NCBI GenBank assembly: GCA_018992685.1
Contig: JACVGT010000019.1
Location: 1-64,000 of the forward strand
Length of the DNA: 64,000 nt
Direction of reading: 5' to 3'
Source: Theionarchaea archaeon
Lineage (GTDB): Archaea > Methanobacteriota_B > Thermococci > Methanofastidiosales > SZ-28-30
The position numbers and the translations under genes are program-made. Position 1 is the first letter of the stretch. Every line of letters begins with the position of its first letter. This document shows positions 30,632 to 41,394 of this stretch, piece after piece. The notes under the pieces are model-generated. The model was not told where the DNA came from. It did not search any database and worked only from the letters and a program-made list of their open reading frames with translations.

Positions 30632-31600
30632 TCACCTCAATGATAATTCTCCTGCAAAGTGGCACGCTGCGTAGTGCCTCTCCTGGAATTCCCTGAACTC
30701 GGGCACTTGTTCTTTGCACAGTCTCTGGGCAAACGGACAGCGGGTATGGAACCGGCACCCTGTGGGTGGGTTGAGCAGATTGGGTGGTTCTCCTGGAATG
30801 GGATTCAGCTTCTTCAGAGGTCCCTTAATGCTGGGGAATGAAGACAGCAATCCGTTTGTATACGGATGAAGGGGCGACGCAAAGAGGGTAACAGAATCTG
30901 AATATTCCACGACATTGCCTGCATACATGACGGCTATTCGTTCACACGTTTCAGCAATCACCGAGATGTCGTGAGAAATATAGAGCATGGTCATATCAAG
31001 TTTGGCCTGGATCTTCTTGATTTCCTTTATGATGCTGTCCTGGACTATCACATCCAACGCAGTGGTGGGTTCATCCGCGATAATCATGTCTGGGTCACAT
31101 GCGAGAGCCATAGCGATGATAGCCCTCTGCTTCATCCCTCCACTGTACTCGTGAGGATAGTTCTCTGCTCTTTCCGGGGACATGCCCACCAACTCATAGA
31201 GCTGTGCAACCCGTTCATATGCTTCTTCCTTGGAAACCTCTTCGTGGAGCATGATTGCCTCCACAATCTGATCTCCTACCTTGTATACTGGATTGAGAGC
31301 GTTCATGGCAGCTTGAAAAATCATGGATATACCATTCCATCTGACAGATCTCATCTCATCCTCAGGCTTGGGAACCAGATCGTCACCTTTGAACAAGATT
31401 TCTCCTTCCAGTATGCGTCCATTGTCAGGGAGGAGCTTCAGGATGGATATCCCAATGGACGTCTTTCCACAGCCGGATTCGCCCACCAGTCCCACTGATT
31501 CTCCCTTCCCGATTTCAAGAGAAACTCCCTCTACAGCCTTCACGTCTCCTTTCTTTGTAGAGAAATACATTCTTAGATTATTCACTTCGAGAATCTTCAC
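30632..31600 (-). CDS. oppD: Oligopeptide ABC ATPase
   Basis: [23 protein letters not shown]. Confidence 0.95.
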   Translation of the reverse strand: MKILEVNNLRMYFSTKKGDVKAVEGVSLEIGKGESVGLVGESGCGKTSIGISILKLLPDNGRILEGEILFKGDDLVPKPEDEMRSVRWNGISMIFQAAMNALNPVYKVGDQIVEAIMLHEEVSKEEAYERVAQLYELVGMSPERAENYPHEYSGGMKQRAIIAMALACDPDMIIADEPTTALDVIVQDSIIKEIKKIQAKLDMTMLYISHDISVIAETCERIAVMYAGNVVEYSDSVTLFASPLHPYTNGLLSSFPSIKGPLKKLNPIPGEPPNLLNPPTGCRFHTRCPFAQRLCKEQVPEFREFQERHYAACHFAGELSLR

Positions 31601-31604
31601 CGGA

Positions 31605-32507
31605 TCACCTTTTTCTCAGTCTCGGATTGACGATTTCATCTACCGCTCTTCCAATGAGGTAGAACGAAAGCGTCATCAGTGTGATGCACAATCCAGGAGG
31701 AAGCATCCAATACCAGGTGAACGTGCTGCCTGTTGTCCTGCACCACTGGAGCATGATTCCCCAGCTCACTCGCGTGGGATCTCCCAGTCCCAGATAGGAA
31801 ACACCTGCTTCAGTCAGGATTGCACCCAGAACCAGGAAGCTCATGTACAGGAAACTCAGGGGAAGTACATTTGGACCTATGTGTCGGAAAATGATTCGTG
31901 CATCAGTGGCTCCCGCCACCCGGGCCGCTTCCACAAACGGCCTCTGCTTCAGAGACAATGTTTGAGATCGAATAACCCTTGAAATACCGCCCCATGAGAG
32001 CAGAGCAATGATGAGTACCAGAACCCAGATACTCTGCTTGCCCACGGCTGCAGACACCACAATGATGAGGGGCAAGAAAGGCAGGGTCAGTACAATGTCC
32101 ACTGTCCTCATCAGCAGCGTATCCGTCGTCCCTCCATAGTACCCAGAAACCAACCCTACGGTTGTCCCAATGGCAACTGCCACCACAGCTGCAGTCAGAC
32201 CAATGAGAAATGCGATCTGTGCACCTGACATGAGCTGAGACATAATGTCCCTGCCCCAGAAATCAGTTCCCAGAAGATGGGTTATAGACGGGGGAGATTT
32301 GGAAACAATGAAAGGATCAAATCCAGTCATGGGGTGATAAATAGGATCTATGTGGGGCATTACAAACCCCAAGACGGCAAACACGAAGAAGAAAACAAGG
32401 AGTCCAATTCCCACCAGTCCAATCTTGTTCTCCTTGTACATTTCCCAGCTCTTCTTCCACTGCTGGATTCGCGCTTCCCACTTGGTTCTCGGTTTCTGTT
32501 CTTCCAT
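31605..32507 (-). CDS. oppC: Oligopeptide ABC permease
   Basis: LGTDFWGRD, EAARVAGA. Confidence 0.95.
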   Translation of the reverse strand: MEEQKPRTKWEARIQQWKKSWEMYKENKIGLVGIGLLVFFFVFAVLGFVMPHIDPIYHPMTGFDPFIVSKSPPSITHLLGTDFWGRDIMSQLMSGAQIAFLIGLTAAVVAVAIGTTVGLVSGYYGGTTDTLLMRTVDIVLTLPFLPLIIVVSAAVGKQSIWVLVLIIALLSWGGISRVIRSQTLSLKQRPFVEAARVAGATDARIIFRHIGPNVLPLSFLYMSFLVLGAILTEAGVSYLGLGDPTRVSWGIMLQWCRTTGSTFTWYWMLPPGLCITLMTLSFYLIGRAVDEIVNPRLRKR

Positions 32508-32517
32508 TTCTCATCAC

Positions 32518-33495
32518 CTAGTACACAATTCGTGGATCCAGATAGGCGTACAAAATATCCGCCACCAGGTTGGCCACCAGAACCAGTAAGGCGATAAACA
32601 GAAACGAAGCCTGGGCCAGCGGATAGTCAAAAGTCAGGGTTGCATCGACGATCATCTTTCCCAACCCCGGGTACGAGAAGGTGGTTTCCGTCAGAACACC
32701 CCCTCCCACAGATCCAGCAACCGCAATGGCGAACGTCGTTACCACCGGTAACATGGCATTGCGTGCAGCATGCCTATCTCTGATTGTCTTTTCCGGCAAT
32801 CCCTTTGCTCTGGCTGTCATGATATAGTCTTCCCGGAGCGTCTCAAGCATACTGGTACGCATGACCAGCATACTCCCTGCAAAGAATGCCAGCGTCAAAA
32901 CTGATAGAGGCAGAGTGACATGTTTCAGAACGTCATACGCCTTAAGCAGCATACCAGAAGAAGGATCAGACCAAACATCGGGGCCTTTCAGCCCTCCCAG
33001 AGGAAAAAACCCGAACTTGTAGGAAAATATCCACAGTGCAATGAGTCCCACCCAGAAAATCGGCATACAATAGAAGAACAGCCCAAACAGGGTAGACCCA
33101 AACTCAAGCTTTCCTCCCCTCCTCCATGCAATTATCTTCCCAAGTGTTATTCCCAAACTATACGAAATGATATACGCACCTGTCCACAGGAGAATGGTTG
33201 CAGGGAGTTTCTCCTTCACCAAATCGTAAACAGGTCTCGCATAGTAAAACGAACGCCCAAAATTCCCTCTGAAAAAGTTCCTCAGATAAAAGAGATACTG
33301 ATACCATATTGGCTTATCAAGACCAAACTGAGCACGAATTATAGCTTTATGCTCAGGCGTCATTCTGGTATCCAGCATAAAAGCAGTGGGATCGCCAGGC
33401 ATCATTCTAAAGAGAATGAACATAATGGTCATAATGATTATCAAGGTTAAGAATATCTGGAATATCCTTTTTACAATGTACTTTTGCATGCTCAC
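32518..33495 (-). CDS. oppB: Oligopeptide ABC permease
   Basis: PGDP, GLDKP, DYIMTARAKG. Confidence 0.95.
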   Translation of the reverse strand: MSMQKYIVKRIFQIFLTLIIIMTIMFILFRMMPGDPTAFMLDTRMTPEHKAIIRAQFGLDKPIWYQYLFYLRNFFRGNFGRSFYYARPVYDLVKEKLPATILLWTGAYIISYSLGITLGKIIAWRRGGKLEFGSTLFGLFFYCMPIFWVGLIALWIFSYKFGFFPLGGLKGPDVWSDPSSGMLLKAYDVLKHVTLPLSVLTLAFFAGSMLVMRTSMLETLREDYIMTARAKGLPEKTIRDRHAARNAMLPVVTTFAIAVAGSVGGGVLTETTFSYPGLGKMIVDATLTFDYPLAQASFLFIALLVLVANLVADILYAYLDPRIVY

Positions 33496-33540
33496 GTTAT
33501 CAACCTCCTCCTTTCAGCTTTCCTACTCTCGACTGGTTTC

Positions 33541-33563
33541 TAAAAAAAAATAAAAAAAAAGGG
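33541..33563 (-). terminator. Poly-U tract between oppA and oppB (partial terminator)
   Basis: About 20 nt near-pure T run on the minus strand. Confidence 0.55.
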
Positions 33564-35408
33564 TTAGTTTCTCCTCTTGAGATAGACAGTACTACCTCCA
33601 ATCACTGCAAGCACCACAAAGAGCGTTCCGAGACAGGGCCCGTCGCCTTCTGCTTCTTTCTCTTCGGCTGCTGGCGCTGGTGTCTCTTCTGGAGTTACGA
33701 CAGGTTTGATGTACACGATGGAGTCTGAGATTCCGTCAAGTTCGTCAAACCAGCCAGAAAAGTGGTCATTCCTGTAGGCTTCCACAGCTGCGGGAGCAAA
33801 CAGCGGAATGTAGGGCAGTTCGTTTGCCAGGTACTCCTGCAATCTGAAAGCTGCCTGGATCTTCTCACCACGAGGTCCACAGGTGACCAGATCATCAGCC
33901 AGTCTGTCAAACTCAGGGTTAGAATACTGAGGAATGTTGTACCCGTACTCCATGATCTGCGAAGAGTGGAAGAAGTCTCTCAGGTAGTCAGGATAGATTG
34001 TCAGAGACCACCCCAGAACGAACATGTCATAGTCACGCTCACCCATTGCCTTCTGGACAATTGTACCAAATGCAGTCGGTTGCGCTGTAACTGGCAGGCC
34101 AATCTGTTTCAACCACTCCTGAATCAGCATACCAGACATAGCACGCAGTGGGTCGTAATCAGCAGGCGGTGTCAAGATGACGAATGGTTTGATGTACTCT
34201 CCTTTGTACTTCATACCTTCTCCAGGAACAACGACTCCTTCTTCAACAGTGGGCTCCACATCCCAAGAGTAGTTGCCAGTTTGCTTGAGAATATTCACAG
34301 CTTCAGGGACCCTTTCTGTCATGGGCTGACCGTACCCCCACTTCTTGACCTCAGTGTTGTACCACTGACGGTTGCCTGGAGGCACGACAGAGTAGAGAGC
34401 TTCACCATAGTTCTGCAACACTCTCTCCTGGATGAAATCTCTGTCCACAAGAGTCGCTACAGCCTGCCTGAAAGCCACATCACTGAAGGGCTCTCGTGCA
34501 CAGTTAAATGCCATGTAACGCATTCCGTTCTCAGGGTTGTTGGTTACCGTGACATTGGGATCTGCCAGAAGGTCTGACACATATCCGGGCTGAATTGCCC
34601 ACCATATGTAGTCAATCTCACCCTTTTTCAATCCCAAAATAGCAGCGTCTGTAGTGTCATAAATCCTATACACAATATAGTCAAAGTAAGGACCGAGAAC
34701 CAACTGGGTCCCATCGTCATATACATGGGTGCGACCGGTGTCAAAGTAGTTAGGATTCTTCTTGCTCTTGACATAGGAACCTCTCTGCCATTCCATGAAG
34801 ATAAGAGGCCCACAGCTCAGAATCTCATCAGGTTCTACAGGTTGGTACTCCTGCACAGCCTTGGTGGGATTCTCTGCAGCCCTAAACTCAGCGAGCTTGG
34901 GTTCCCAGATGTGACTGGGGATTGGCAAGCTCATGAGAGTCCCTTCAATGAAGGTTACTCTACATTCTGAGAGCACGAAGTGCAAGGTATAGTCATCGAG
35001 AGCTTCCACCGTCTCCACAAATTCCCAGCTAGACAGGTAACGGCCAATCTGGAATTCCTTGACCATGTTTCCAAACAGTGCATAGTCATGAGCAGTCAGT
35101 GGTTTACCATCAGACCAGTAGACGTCATCTCTGAGCTTGACTGTGTAATCAAGTATGTCAGAGGAAACCTCTGGAACTTCAAGAGCCACATTGGGGACGA
35201 TCTTGAAGTCAATTGGTCTGTAAGTCACTAGTCCTTCATAGAAATAGGTCAAAACGTGCCAGTCCCATACATCCTGCGCTTGGAAAGGATTCATGGTCTT
35301 GGGCTCATCTTGCATTCCGACATTGAAAGTCACTCCACCCTGCGAATGTACCGGTACCATGCTTGCTACCAAAATAGCCACAACAGCGACTATAAAAAGT
35401 CTTTTCAT
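33564..35408 (-). CDS. oppA: Family 5 SBP (canonical domain order) with CLGT-TM-basic C-terminus
   Basis: Signal peptide; LRDDVYWSDGKPLTA.D, FRQAVATLVDR; ends GPCLGTLFVVLAVIGGSTVYLKRRN. Confidence 0.93.
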   Translation of the reverse strand: MKRLFIVAVVAILVASMVPVHSQGGVTFNVGMQDEPKTMNPFQAQDVWDWHVLTYFYEGLVTYRPIDFKIVPNVALEVPEVSSDILDYTVKLRDDVYWSDGKPLTAHDYALFGNMVKEFQIGRYLSSWEFVETVEALDDYTLHFVLSECRVTFIEGTLMSLPIPSHIWEPKLAEFRAAENPTKAVQEYQPVEPDEILSCGPLIFMEWQRGSYVKSKKNPNYFDTGRTHVYDDGTQLVLGPYFDYIVYRIYDTTDAAILGLKKGEIDYIWWAIQPGYVSDLLADPNVTVTNNPENGMRYMAFNCAREPFSDVAFRQAVATLVDRDFIQERVLQNYGEALYSVVPPGNRQWYNTEVKKWGYGQPMTERVPEAVNILKQTGNYSWDVEPTVEEGVVVPGEGMKYKGEYIKPFVILTPPADYDPLRAMSGMLIQEWLKQIGLPVTAQPTAFGTIVQKAMGERDYDMFVLGWSLTIYPDYLRDFFHSSQIMEYGYNIPQYSNPEFDRLADDLVTCGPRGEKIQAAFRLQEYLANELPYIPLFAPAAVEAYRNDHFSGWFDELDGISDSIVYIKPVVTPEETPAPAAEEKEAEGDGPCLGTLFVVLAVIGGSTVYLKRRN

Positions 35409-35446
35409 ACACGAACCTCCTTTTCTCTTTTGCCGACTCAGCCGGC

Positions 35447-35463
35447 TATTACTCCTTATAGCA
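35447..35463. promoter_or_regulatory. Degenerate BlaI-type box just downstream of the oppA TATA
   Basis: TATTAC-TCCTT-ATAGCA; TATA at about 35469-35477 on the minus strand. Confidence 0.45.
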
Positions 35464-35771
35464 ACCCACTTATAAAGTTTTCTGTCAAGGGTCAACAAGG
35501 TCTATACGGTAGCTAAGCGAACTTAAAGGATACTCTGTCCTTTTCTTGTCATGGGAAATCAGTATTCAACTGGAGCATTCTTTTCTGAGCGCAATTGTAC
35601 GTATATCTACATCTTCCAATGATACCTACAACCACGTAAGTCTCCGTCCATCATTCGTCGCAGAACGAGAAAAAGGGCTCGGGTATCCTACCTCTTTTTC
35701 TGCTGTGTCTACCTTCTCTTGAGGTTGCCTGTCCCCCTTCCATGGGGCTGCTCTGTGCAGCAGAAGAGGCT

Positions 35772-35921
35772 CTAAACCAGAAGCGAGAATATCACAGCCA
35801 ACACAAACAGAAAGACCAATACCAGAACGTACGGGAGAAAAATCTGCCAAAGAGCAATAGTAAAGGCCAGGACATCTTTCTTATCGGCCTTGAATTCCAG
35901 GTTGTTTTCCATGTCTTCCAT
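35772..35921 (-). CDS. 49-aa single-TM protein closing the second opp operon (below ORF-track cutoff)
   Basis: MEDMENNLEFKADKKDVLAFTIALWQIFLPYVLVLVFLFVLAVIFSLLV*; AGGTG SD overlapping the upstream stop. Confidence 0.7.
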   Translation of the reverse strand: MEDMENNLEFKADKKDVLAFTIALWQIFLPYVLVLVFLFVLAVIFSLLV

Positions 35922-35930
35922 TCCATACAC

Positions 35931-37391
35931 CTATTCTCCGTGTGAGTAAAGAGATAAAAAGGTTTCTTCTGCTGATTGTGAAAGGCGAGAAAAGTCTTTC
36001 GCAATTTCAGGAGATACCATACTACATAGCTTCAAGACCAGGACCAGCACAATGAATCCTCCAACATAGAAGAACACATCATGTGAGAAGACAGTGGGCA
36101 CATTTCCCCTGAGCAGAATGACCAATATAATCAGTCTCAATATGTTCCAGGCTGAGATCAATCCAAATCCCACGAAAGAGAGCAATACCTTCTTCTTAAG
36201 GGATATGGTGGTTGCAAAAACCACACCCAGAAAAACCGCTATGAAGAAGAGAGAAAGACAGGATTTCTCTATGGAACAGCCCTCCAGAAAGACGAAGTCA
36301 CTCCCTGCAACGTACGCGGTATAAAACCCAAACAGATCAAGAATCGCTTTTGTGACCAGAGCAACTGCCTTCCTGAACAGAAAATAGTCTGAAATATAGT
36401 AGATGATCACAGAGATAATGGTGGCTTTGACGAGAAATGCACTGAGCTCACTGGAGATGAAGAACGAATACAATTTCTCCAGCACGTTCTCCTTCCGGGG
36501 GTATTCCCGGGTCATCAGTTCGTCCAGGAATATGGGGAGCAGGAGGATGAGAACCATAATGATTGACCAGAAGGGGATGATCACGTTACTGGGTTCACGA
36601 ATATCACTGTACTGTGCCCTCTTGTCCAGGTTCACCTGAAATATCTCCCTCGTGGCCATACCAGTGATGAAGTAGGTGTTCTCTTCTCCAGCGGCAATCG
36701 CGCGGGGAAGACTGTCAGGAGCGTAGTACCATGAGGACGTCGTTTTACCCCTGGCATTAATGTGGAACACCTTCCTTGAGGTTACTCCAGTCACAATAAT
36801 TTCACCATTCTTGTATTCAATGTCTCCTGCAAAAGGAGCGGGTGACTCAAGAAAGTCCAGGATTTCTCCTGAATCGGGATTATACCGATAAATGATGGAA
36901 TTAGGGTATATGTTGGCAAAGAGATCCGGGTACTCTTCAAGCCCAAACACGTCCAGGATCCACAGGGCCTCTCCGTCCCAGGCCAGTCCGTATGGAGTGC
37001 TGTAAGGAGTCACATATGATCCTTTGACAGTTCCATCGATCGAAACCTTGTAGATGGTCCTTCTTGCATAATCAGCTACCCAGAAGTTCTCCCCATCAAA
37101 GGTGAGTCCAGCTGTCTCAAAACAGGGCACACTGATGGTCCGAATGACCTGGCTGGTTTTCAGATCAAACTCCAGGATTGCCTTGTCAAGACCAGACGAT
37201 ATCCAGAGGGAGCCATCCATGAAGTAAAGCCCATTGGTAGTGTAGGTGGGGCGCTGGTAGATTTCATCATTCTTGTATCTGTTGGGGATGTATTTTTCTC
37301 CTTTCCACTCCTGGTACTCACTATTGACGTAGAGAACAAATAAGAAAAAGAAGAAAACAACCGCAACCAATTTCTTGTTGTCGCTTTTCAT
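35931..37391 (-). CDS. Beta-propeller + archaeosortase/exosortase-family fusion protein
   Basis: GL.(W/F)DG..LW blades; C-terminal multi-TM domain with Cys (EKSCLS), Arg (WNILR) and His (SHDV) in exosortase order. Confidence 0.75.
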   Translation of the reverse strand: MKSDNKKLVAVVFFFFLFVLYVNSEYQEWKGEKYIPNRYKNDEIYQRPTYTTNGLYFMDGSLWISSGLDKAILEFDLKTSQVIRTISVPCFETAGLTFDGENFWVADYARRTIYKVSIDGTVKGSYVTPYSTPYGLAWDGEALWILDVFGLEEYPDLFANIYPNSIIYRYNPDSGEILDFLESPAPFAGDIEYKNGEIIVTGVTSRKVFHINARGKTTSSWYYAPDSLPRAIAAGEENTYFITGMATREIFQVNLDKRAQYSDIREPSNVIIPFWSIIMVLILLLPIFLDELMTREYPRKENVLEKLYSFFISSELSAFLVKATIISVIIYYISDYFLFRKAVALVTKAILDLFGFYTAYVAGSDFVFLEGCSIEKSCLSLFFIAVFLGVVFATTISLKKKVLLSFVGFGLISAWNILRLIILVILLRGNVPTVFSHDVFFYVGGFIVLVLVLKLCSMVSPEIAKDFSRLSQSAEETFLSLYSHGE

Positions 37392-37392
37392 T

Positions 37393-38361
37393 CTACATCA
37401 GAGGGTAGTGGCATGCCACGAAATGGCCATCTCCCATATCACGCAGCTGAGGGATTTCTGTGGCGCAGTTTTCTTTTGCATATCGACATCGGGGATGGAA
37501 CCGGCATCCCTGAGGAGGATTGGCTGGTGTCGGCACATCACCCGTGAGAATGATCCTCTTCCTCTTCTTTCGGGGATCGGCTATGGGTGCTGCCGAAAGG
37601 AGTGCCTCAGTATAGGGATGGTACATCTTCTCGAAGATCTGTTCTTCTGTACCCATCTCGACAATGACACCCACGTACATCACAGCCACTCTATCACTGA
37701 TGTGTCTGACGATGCTCAGATCGTGAGTAATGAACATCATAGTTAGCCCTTCCTCTTTCTGGATGTCAGACAGCAGATTCAAGATCTTTGACTGAACAGA
37801 CACATCCAGGGCAGATGTTGGTTCGTCTGCCACGATCAGCCTTGGCTTGAGCGCAATGGCTCGGGCTATGCCAATTCGCTGCCTCTGTCCTCCAGAAAAT
37901 TCATGAGGGTAACGGTATATGTGAAAGGGCGCCAACCCAACTTCATTCATGAGCCGCAGAACAACTTTCTTCTTCTCTCCTGATTTCAATTCCCCATGGA
38001 TTTCGAAGGGCTCTCCAATAATGTCATAGACAGTCATCCTGGGATCCAGTGATGAGTAGGGATCTTGGTATATCATCTGAGCTTCTTTCTTGAATTCCTT
38101 CAGTTCCCGGGATCCCAACTTACTAACATCTCTTCCTTCAAAGAGGATTTCTCCTGCTGTTGGTTCGATGAGCCTCAGGACAGTCTTTCCCAGCGTGGTC
38201 TTTCCACATCCAGACTCACCCACAATGCCCAGGATTTCCTTGGGGAAGACATCAAAACTCACATTATCCACTGCTCTGATATCTCCCACCTTTCGCCCAA
38301 AGAATCCCGCAGTTATGGGAAAGTACTTCTCCAGATTCCTAACCTGCATTAGCGGCTTCAT
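37393..38361 (-). CDS. oppF: Oligopeptide ABC ATPase
   Basis: [24 protein letters not shown]. Confidence 0.95.
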   Translation of the reverse strand: MKPLMQVRNLEKYFPITAGFFGRKVGDIRAVDNVSFDVFPKEILGIVGESGCGKTTLGKTVLRLIEPTAGEILFEGRDVSKLGSRELKEFKKEAQMIYQDPYSSLDPRMTVYDIIGEPFEIHGELKSGEKKKVVLRLMNEVGLAPFHIYRYPHEFSGGQRQRIGIARAIALKPRLIVADEPTSALDVSVQSKILNLLSDIQKEEGLTMMFITHDLSIVRHISDRVAVMYVGVIVEMGTEEQIFEKMYHPYTEALLSAAPIADPRKKRKRIILTGDVPTPANPPQGCRFHPRCRYAKENCATEIPQLRDMGDGHFVACHYPLM

Positions 38362-39338
38362 AACTTGGTCCCCTCCCTTTTGTGCCAGCACTCAACATAG
38401 TGATCGCCAATCCACTCTCCGTTTGGCTGTTCCTTTTCACAAACCTCTGTTGCAAAGTCACACCGAGGATGGAACCGGCATCCAGATGGAGGATAGATTA
38501 GATTGGGGACAACACCCTTGATAACACCCAATTTCTGTTTCTTCTCTGTCACCTTGGGTATCGCCTCATGAAGTGCGATAGTATAGGGGTGAAGTGGGGC
38601 ATGAAAGACAATGTCAACTTCTCCATACTCAACCAGCCGCCCAGCGTACATCACTCCCACATGATCAGACATCTCGGCAATGACACCAAGGTTATGCGTG
38701 ATGAGCAAGACTGTTGTGCCTAGCTCTCTCTTGAGGTTGTTTATCATGTCCAAAACCTGTGCCTGAACTGTCACGTCGAGATTTGTCGTGGGCTCGTCTG
38801 CTACCAGCATTTTGGGATTACATGAGAGAGCCATTGCAATCATGACCCGCTGCTTCATTCCTCCACTAAACTGATGTGGAAAGTCATCAACACGGGCATC
38901 AGGGTCGGGGATACCCACGAGATCTAACATTTCAATTGCTTTCTGTCTAGCTTCTTTTTTCCCAAGACCCTGGTGAAGTTCAATCACTTCTCTCAATTGA
39001 TTGTCCACCGTATATACGGGGTTAAGTGCACTCTGAGGATCCTGGAATATCATTGAAATGTCATTCCCTCTGATTTGCCTCATGTCGCTCTCAGAAAGAG
39101 CCAGGAGGTTCACACCTTCAAAGAGAATCTCTCCATCAATAATCTTCCCCGGAGGATCGGGAACAAGTCTGAGGACAGACAGGGCAGTGACAGTCTTTCC
39201 ACAACCAGATTCACCGACCAGCCCTAAGGTCTCTCCCTGCTCAATGTGAATATCGATTCCTTCCAACGCTCTTACGATGCCATCCTCTGTATAAAAGTAC
39301 GTTCTCAGTCCTTTAATTTCCAGTAGATTATCAGCCAA
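38358..39338 (-). CDS. oppD: Oligopeptide ABC ATPase
   Basis: [16 protein letters not shown]. Confidence 0.95.
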   Translation of the reverse strand: MADNLLEIKGLRTYFYTEDGIVRALEGIDIHIEQGETLGLVGESGCGKTVTALSVLRLVPDPPGKIIDGEILFEGVNLLALSESDMRQIRGNDISMIFQDPQSALNPVYTVDNQLREVIELHQGLGKKEARQKAIEMLDLVGIPDPDARVDDFPHQFSGGMKQRVMIAMALSCNPKMLVADEPTTNLDVTVQAQVLDMINNLKRELGTTVLLITHNLGVIAEMSDHVGVMYAGRLVEYGEVDIVFHAPLHPYTIALHEAIPKVTEKKQKLGVIKGVVPNLIYPPSGCRFHPRCDFATEVCEKEQPNGEWIGDHYVECWHKREGTKL

Positions 39339-39342
39339 AATA

Positions 39343-40269
39343 TCACCTTTTCAGTCGAGGATCGAGTGAATCTCTGAGTCCATCACCCAGCAAATTGAAT
39401 CCCAAAACAGCAATGAAAATCATGATACCGGGCAGTACGGTAATCCACCAGGCTGACCTCATGACATCTCGTCCTTCAGCGCAAATTCGTCCCCATGAGG
39501 GAATCACAGGGTTCCCGAACCCCAGGAATGCAACACCTGCCTCTGTCAGAATTGCTGCAGCCATTCCAAACGTTGCTGCCACGATCACAGGTGCAATTGC
39601 ATTGGGGAGCATGTGCCTCCAGATGATACGAAAGTTGGATGCCCCGAGTCCCCGTGCTGCTTCTGTGAACTGCCTCTCCCTGAGAGACAAGATTTCGCTC
39701 CGGATTAATCGGGCATATCCTGTCCAGTTGATGAAAGCAATGGCCAACCCGATCATGATCAGACCGCCTTCAGGATACAAAGTCACGAGGATGACGACTA
39801 TTGGGATAAAGGGCAGTGCCAGGAAAACATCAACAATTCTCATCAGAAGAATGTCCAGTACTCCTCCATAGTACGCAGAGATGGCTCCATACAATGTACC
39901 GACTATTCCACCGATGCCAACAGCAACAATCCCCACCAGAAGGGATCTTTCTGCACCATACAGCAGGCGAGAGTACAGACACCTTCCAAGAGCGTCAGTG
40001 CCAAGTGGAAATTCAGGGTTTTCACCCGGTGCCAGGTAACTGTTCATCAGCGAAACAGTATTAGGGTCATTTGGTGCTATTTCTGGAGCAAAAATCGCCA
40101 TTAATACAACTACCAGGAATACGCCAAATCCTACAATACCAGCTTTGTTTCTGATGAAGCGCCGGAGGGTTGTCATGAGCATTCCTGCACTTCGTTCTGC
40201 CTCACGCAACTGCTGCTCCAGCTCCTTGTCCATTTCAGGTATCTCAGTCGTTTTCTTCTTTTCTGCCAT
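39343..40269 (-). CDS. oppC: Oligopeptide ABC permease
   Basis: LGTDALGR, EAARGLGA. Confidence 0.95.
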   Translation of the reverse strand: MAEKKKTTEIPEMDKELEQQLREAERSAGMLMTTLRRFIRNKAGIVGFGVFLVVVLMAIFAPEIAPNDPNTVSLMNSYLAPGENPEFPLGTDALGRCLYSRLLYGAERSLLVGIVAVGIGGIVGTLYGAISAYYGGVLDILLMRIVDVFLALPFIPIVVILVTLYPEGGLIMIGLAIAFINWTGYARLIRSEILSLRERQFTEAARGLGASNFRIIWRHMLPNAIAPVIVAATFGMAAAILTEAGVAFLGFGNPVIPSWGRICAEGRDVMRSAWWITVLPGIMIFIAVLGFNLLGDGLRDSLDPRLKR

Positions 40270-40284
40270 GAAATCACCTTTAGA

Positions 40285-41268
40285 CTAAAACTCCACTCTT
40301 GGATCAAGCCATTTGTAGGAAATGTCAATCAAGACATTAGCCACTAGAATAAGAGTTCCAAGTACCACGGTAATCCCTACAATGACGAAATAGTCCCTGT
40401 GCTGAATTGCATACACAAAGTACTTCCCCAGGCCGGGCCATGAAAACACTGTCTCAGTAATAGGTGCTCCTCCCAGGGTAAGTGCAATCTGCATCCCTGT
40501 CACAGTTATCACTGGAAGCATTGCGTTTCTCAGTGCATGCTTGTAAATCACTATTCGTTCCTTGAGCCCCTTGGCCCTTGCTGTCATGATATAGTCTTCC
40601 CGCAGGACATTGAGCATTGAGGATCGGACCAACCGCGCATTGTATGCAGTCGATGCCAGACCCAGAGTCAATGTGGGCAGAGCCAGATGTTTCAGGTAAT
40701 CAAAGTAGTACGAAAAGTCATGGGGAATATCTTTTCCCAGAAACACCGTAGAATGGGCACCCCCACTGGGAAGCCATCCCAGTATCAGGGCAAATATGAA
40801 AATGTTCATCAACCCCAGGAAGAATATGGGGAACGAAACGCCCAGTAACGCCGCTGTCATGACCAGATTATCCGTCTTTGAATATTGTCTGACTGCAGAT
40901 ACAATTCCTGCTGGGATAGCAACACCTATCGAAAAGACAACGGCAAGCAGCTGGTATGATAGGGTGTTTACCACTCTGGCCCCGATTTCTTCGGAGACAT
41001 CTCTTCCAGATAGAAATGAAGATCCAAGATTAAAGGTTGCAAACTGTTTGAGCCAGTAAAAGTACTGGATATACCAAGGTTTATCCAGGCCGTAAATCGA
41101 TTTTATGTGTGCCACGTATGCAGGATCAGTGTCGGGCTGTAGTGCCAACATGAGATCAACAGCATCCCCTGGCATCAAGTACATTAGCATGAACACTATG
41201 AAAGAGATTCCCATGAGCATGGGAATAATCAGGATCACTCTTTTCAGGATATATTCTCTCATTCCCAT
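40285..41268 (-). CDS. oppB: Oligopeptide ABC permease
   Basis: PGD, GLDKP, DYIMTARAKG. Confidence 0.95.
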   Translation of the reverse strand: MGMREYILKRVILIIPMLMGISFIVFMLMYLMPGDAVDLMLALQPDTDPAYVAHIKSIYGLDKPWYIQYFYWLKQFATFNLGSSFLSGRDVSEEIGARVVNTLSYQLLAVVFSIGVAIPAGIVSAVRQYSKTDNLVMTAALLGVSFPIFFLGLMNIFIFALILGWLPSGGAHSTVFLGKDIPHDFSYYFDYLKHLALPTLTLGLASTAYNARLVRSSMLNVLREDYIMTARAKGLKERIVIYKHALRNAMLPVITVTGMQIALTLGGAPITETVFSWPGLGKYFVYAIQHRDYFVIVGITVVLGTLILVANVLIDISYKWLDPRVEF

Positions 41269-41348
41269 ATCGCACATCCTCCTTTGTTTTGTTTAGAGCA
41301 AGTCTCCTCATGTCGGGGCTGTTCTTTCTTGTCCTCAGTCATTTCAAC

Positions 41349-41384
41349 TCTCCCTCTTCAAAAAAGGGAAAAAGAGGGAAAAAA
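41349..41384 (-). terminator. Hairpin/U-rich element between SBP gene and oppB
   Basis: CCCTCTT...AAGAGGG inverted repeat with T runs on the minus strand. Confidence 0.5.
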
Positions 41385-41394
41385 TTTTGTTCTT

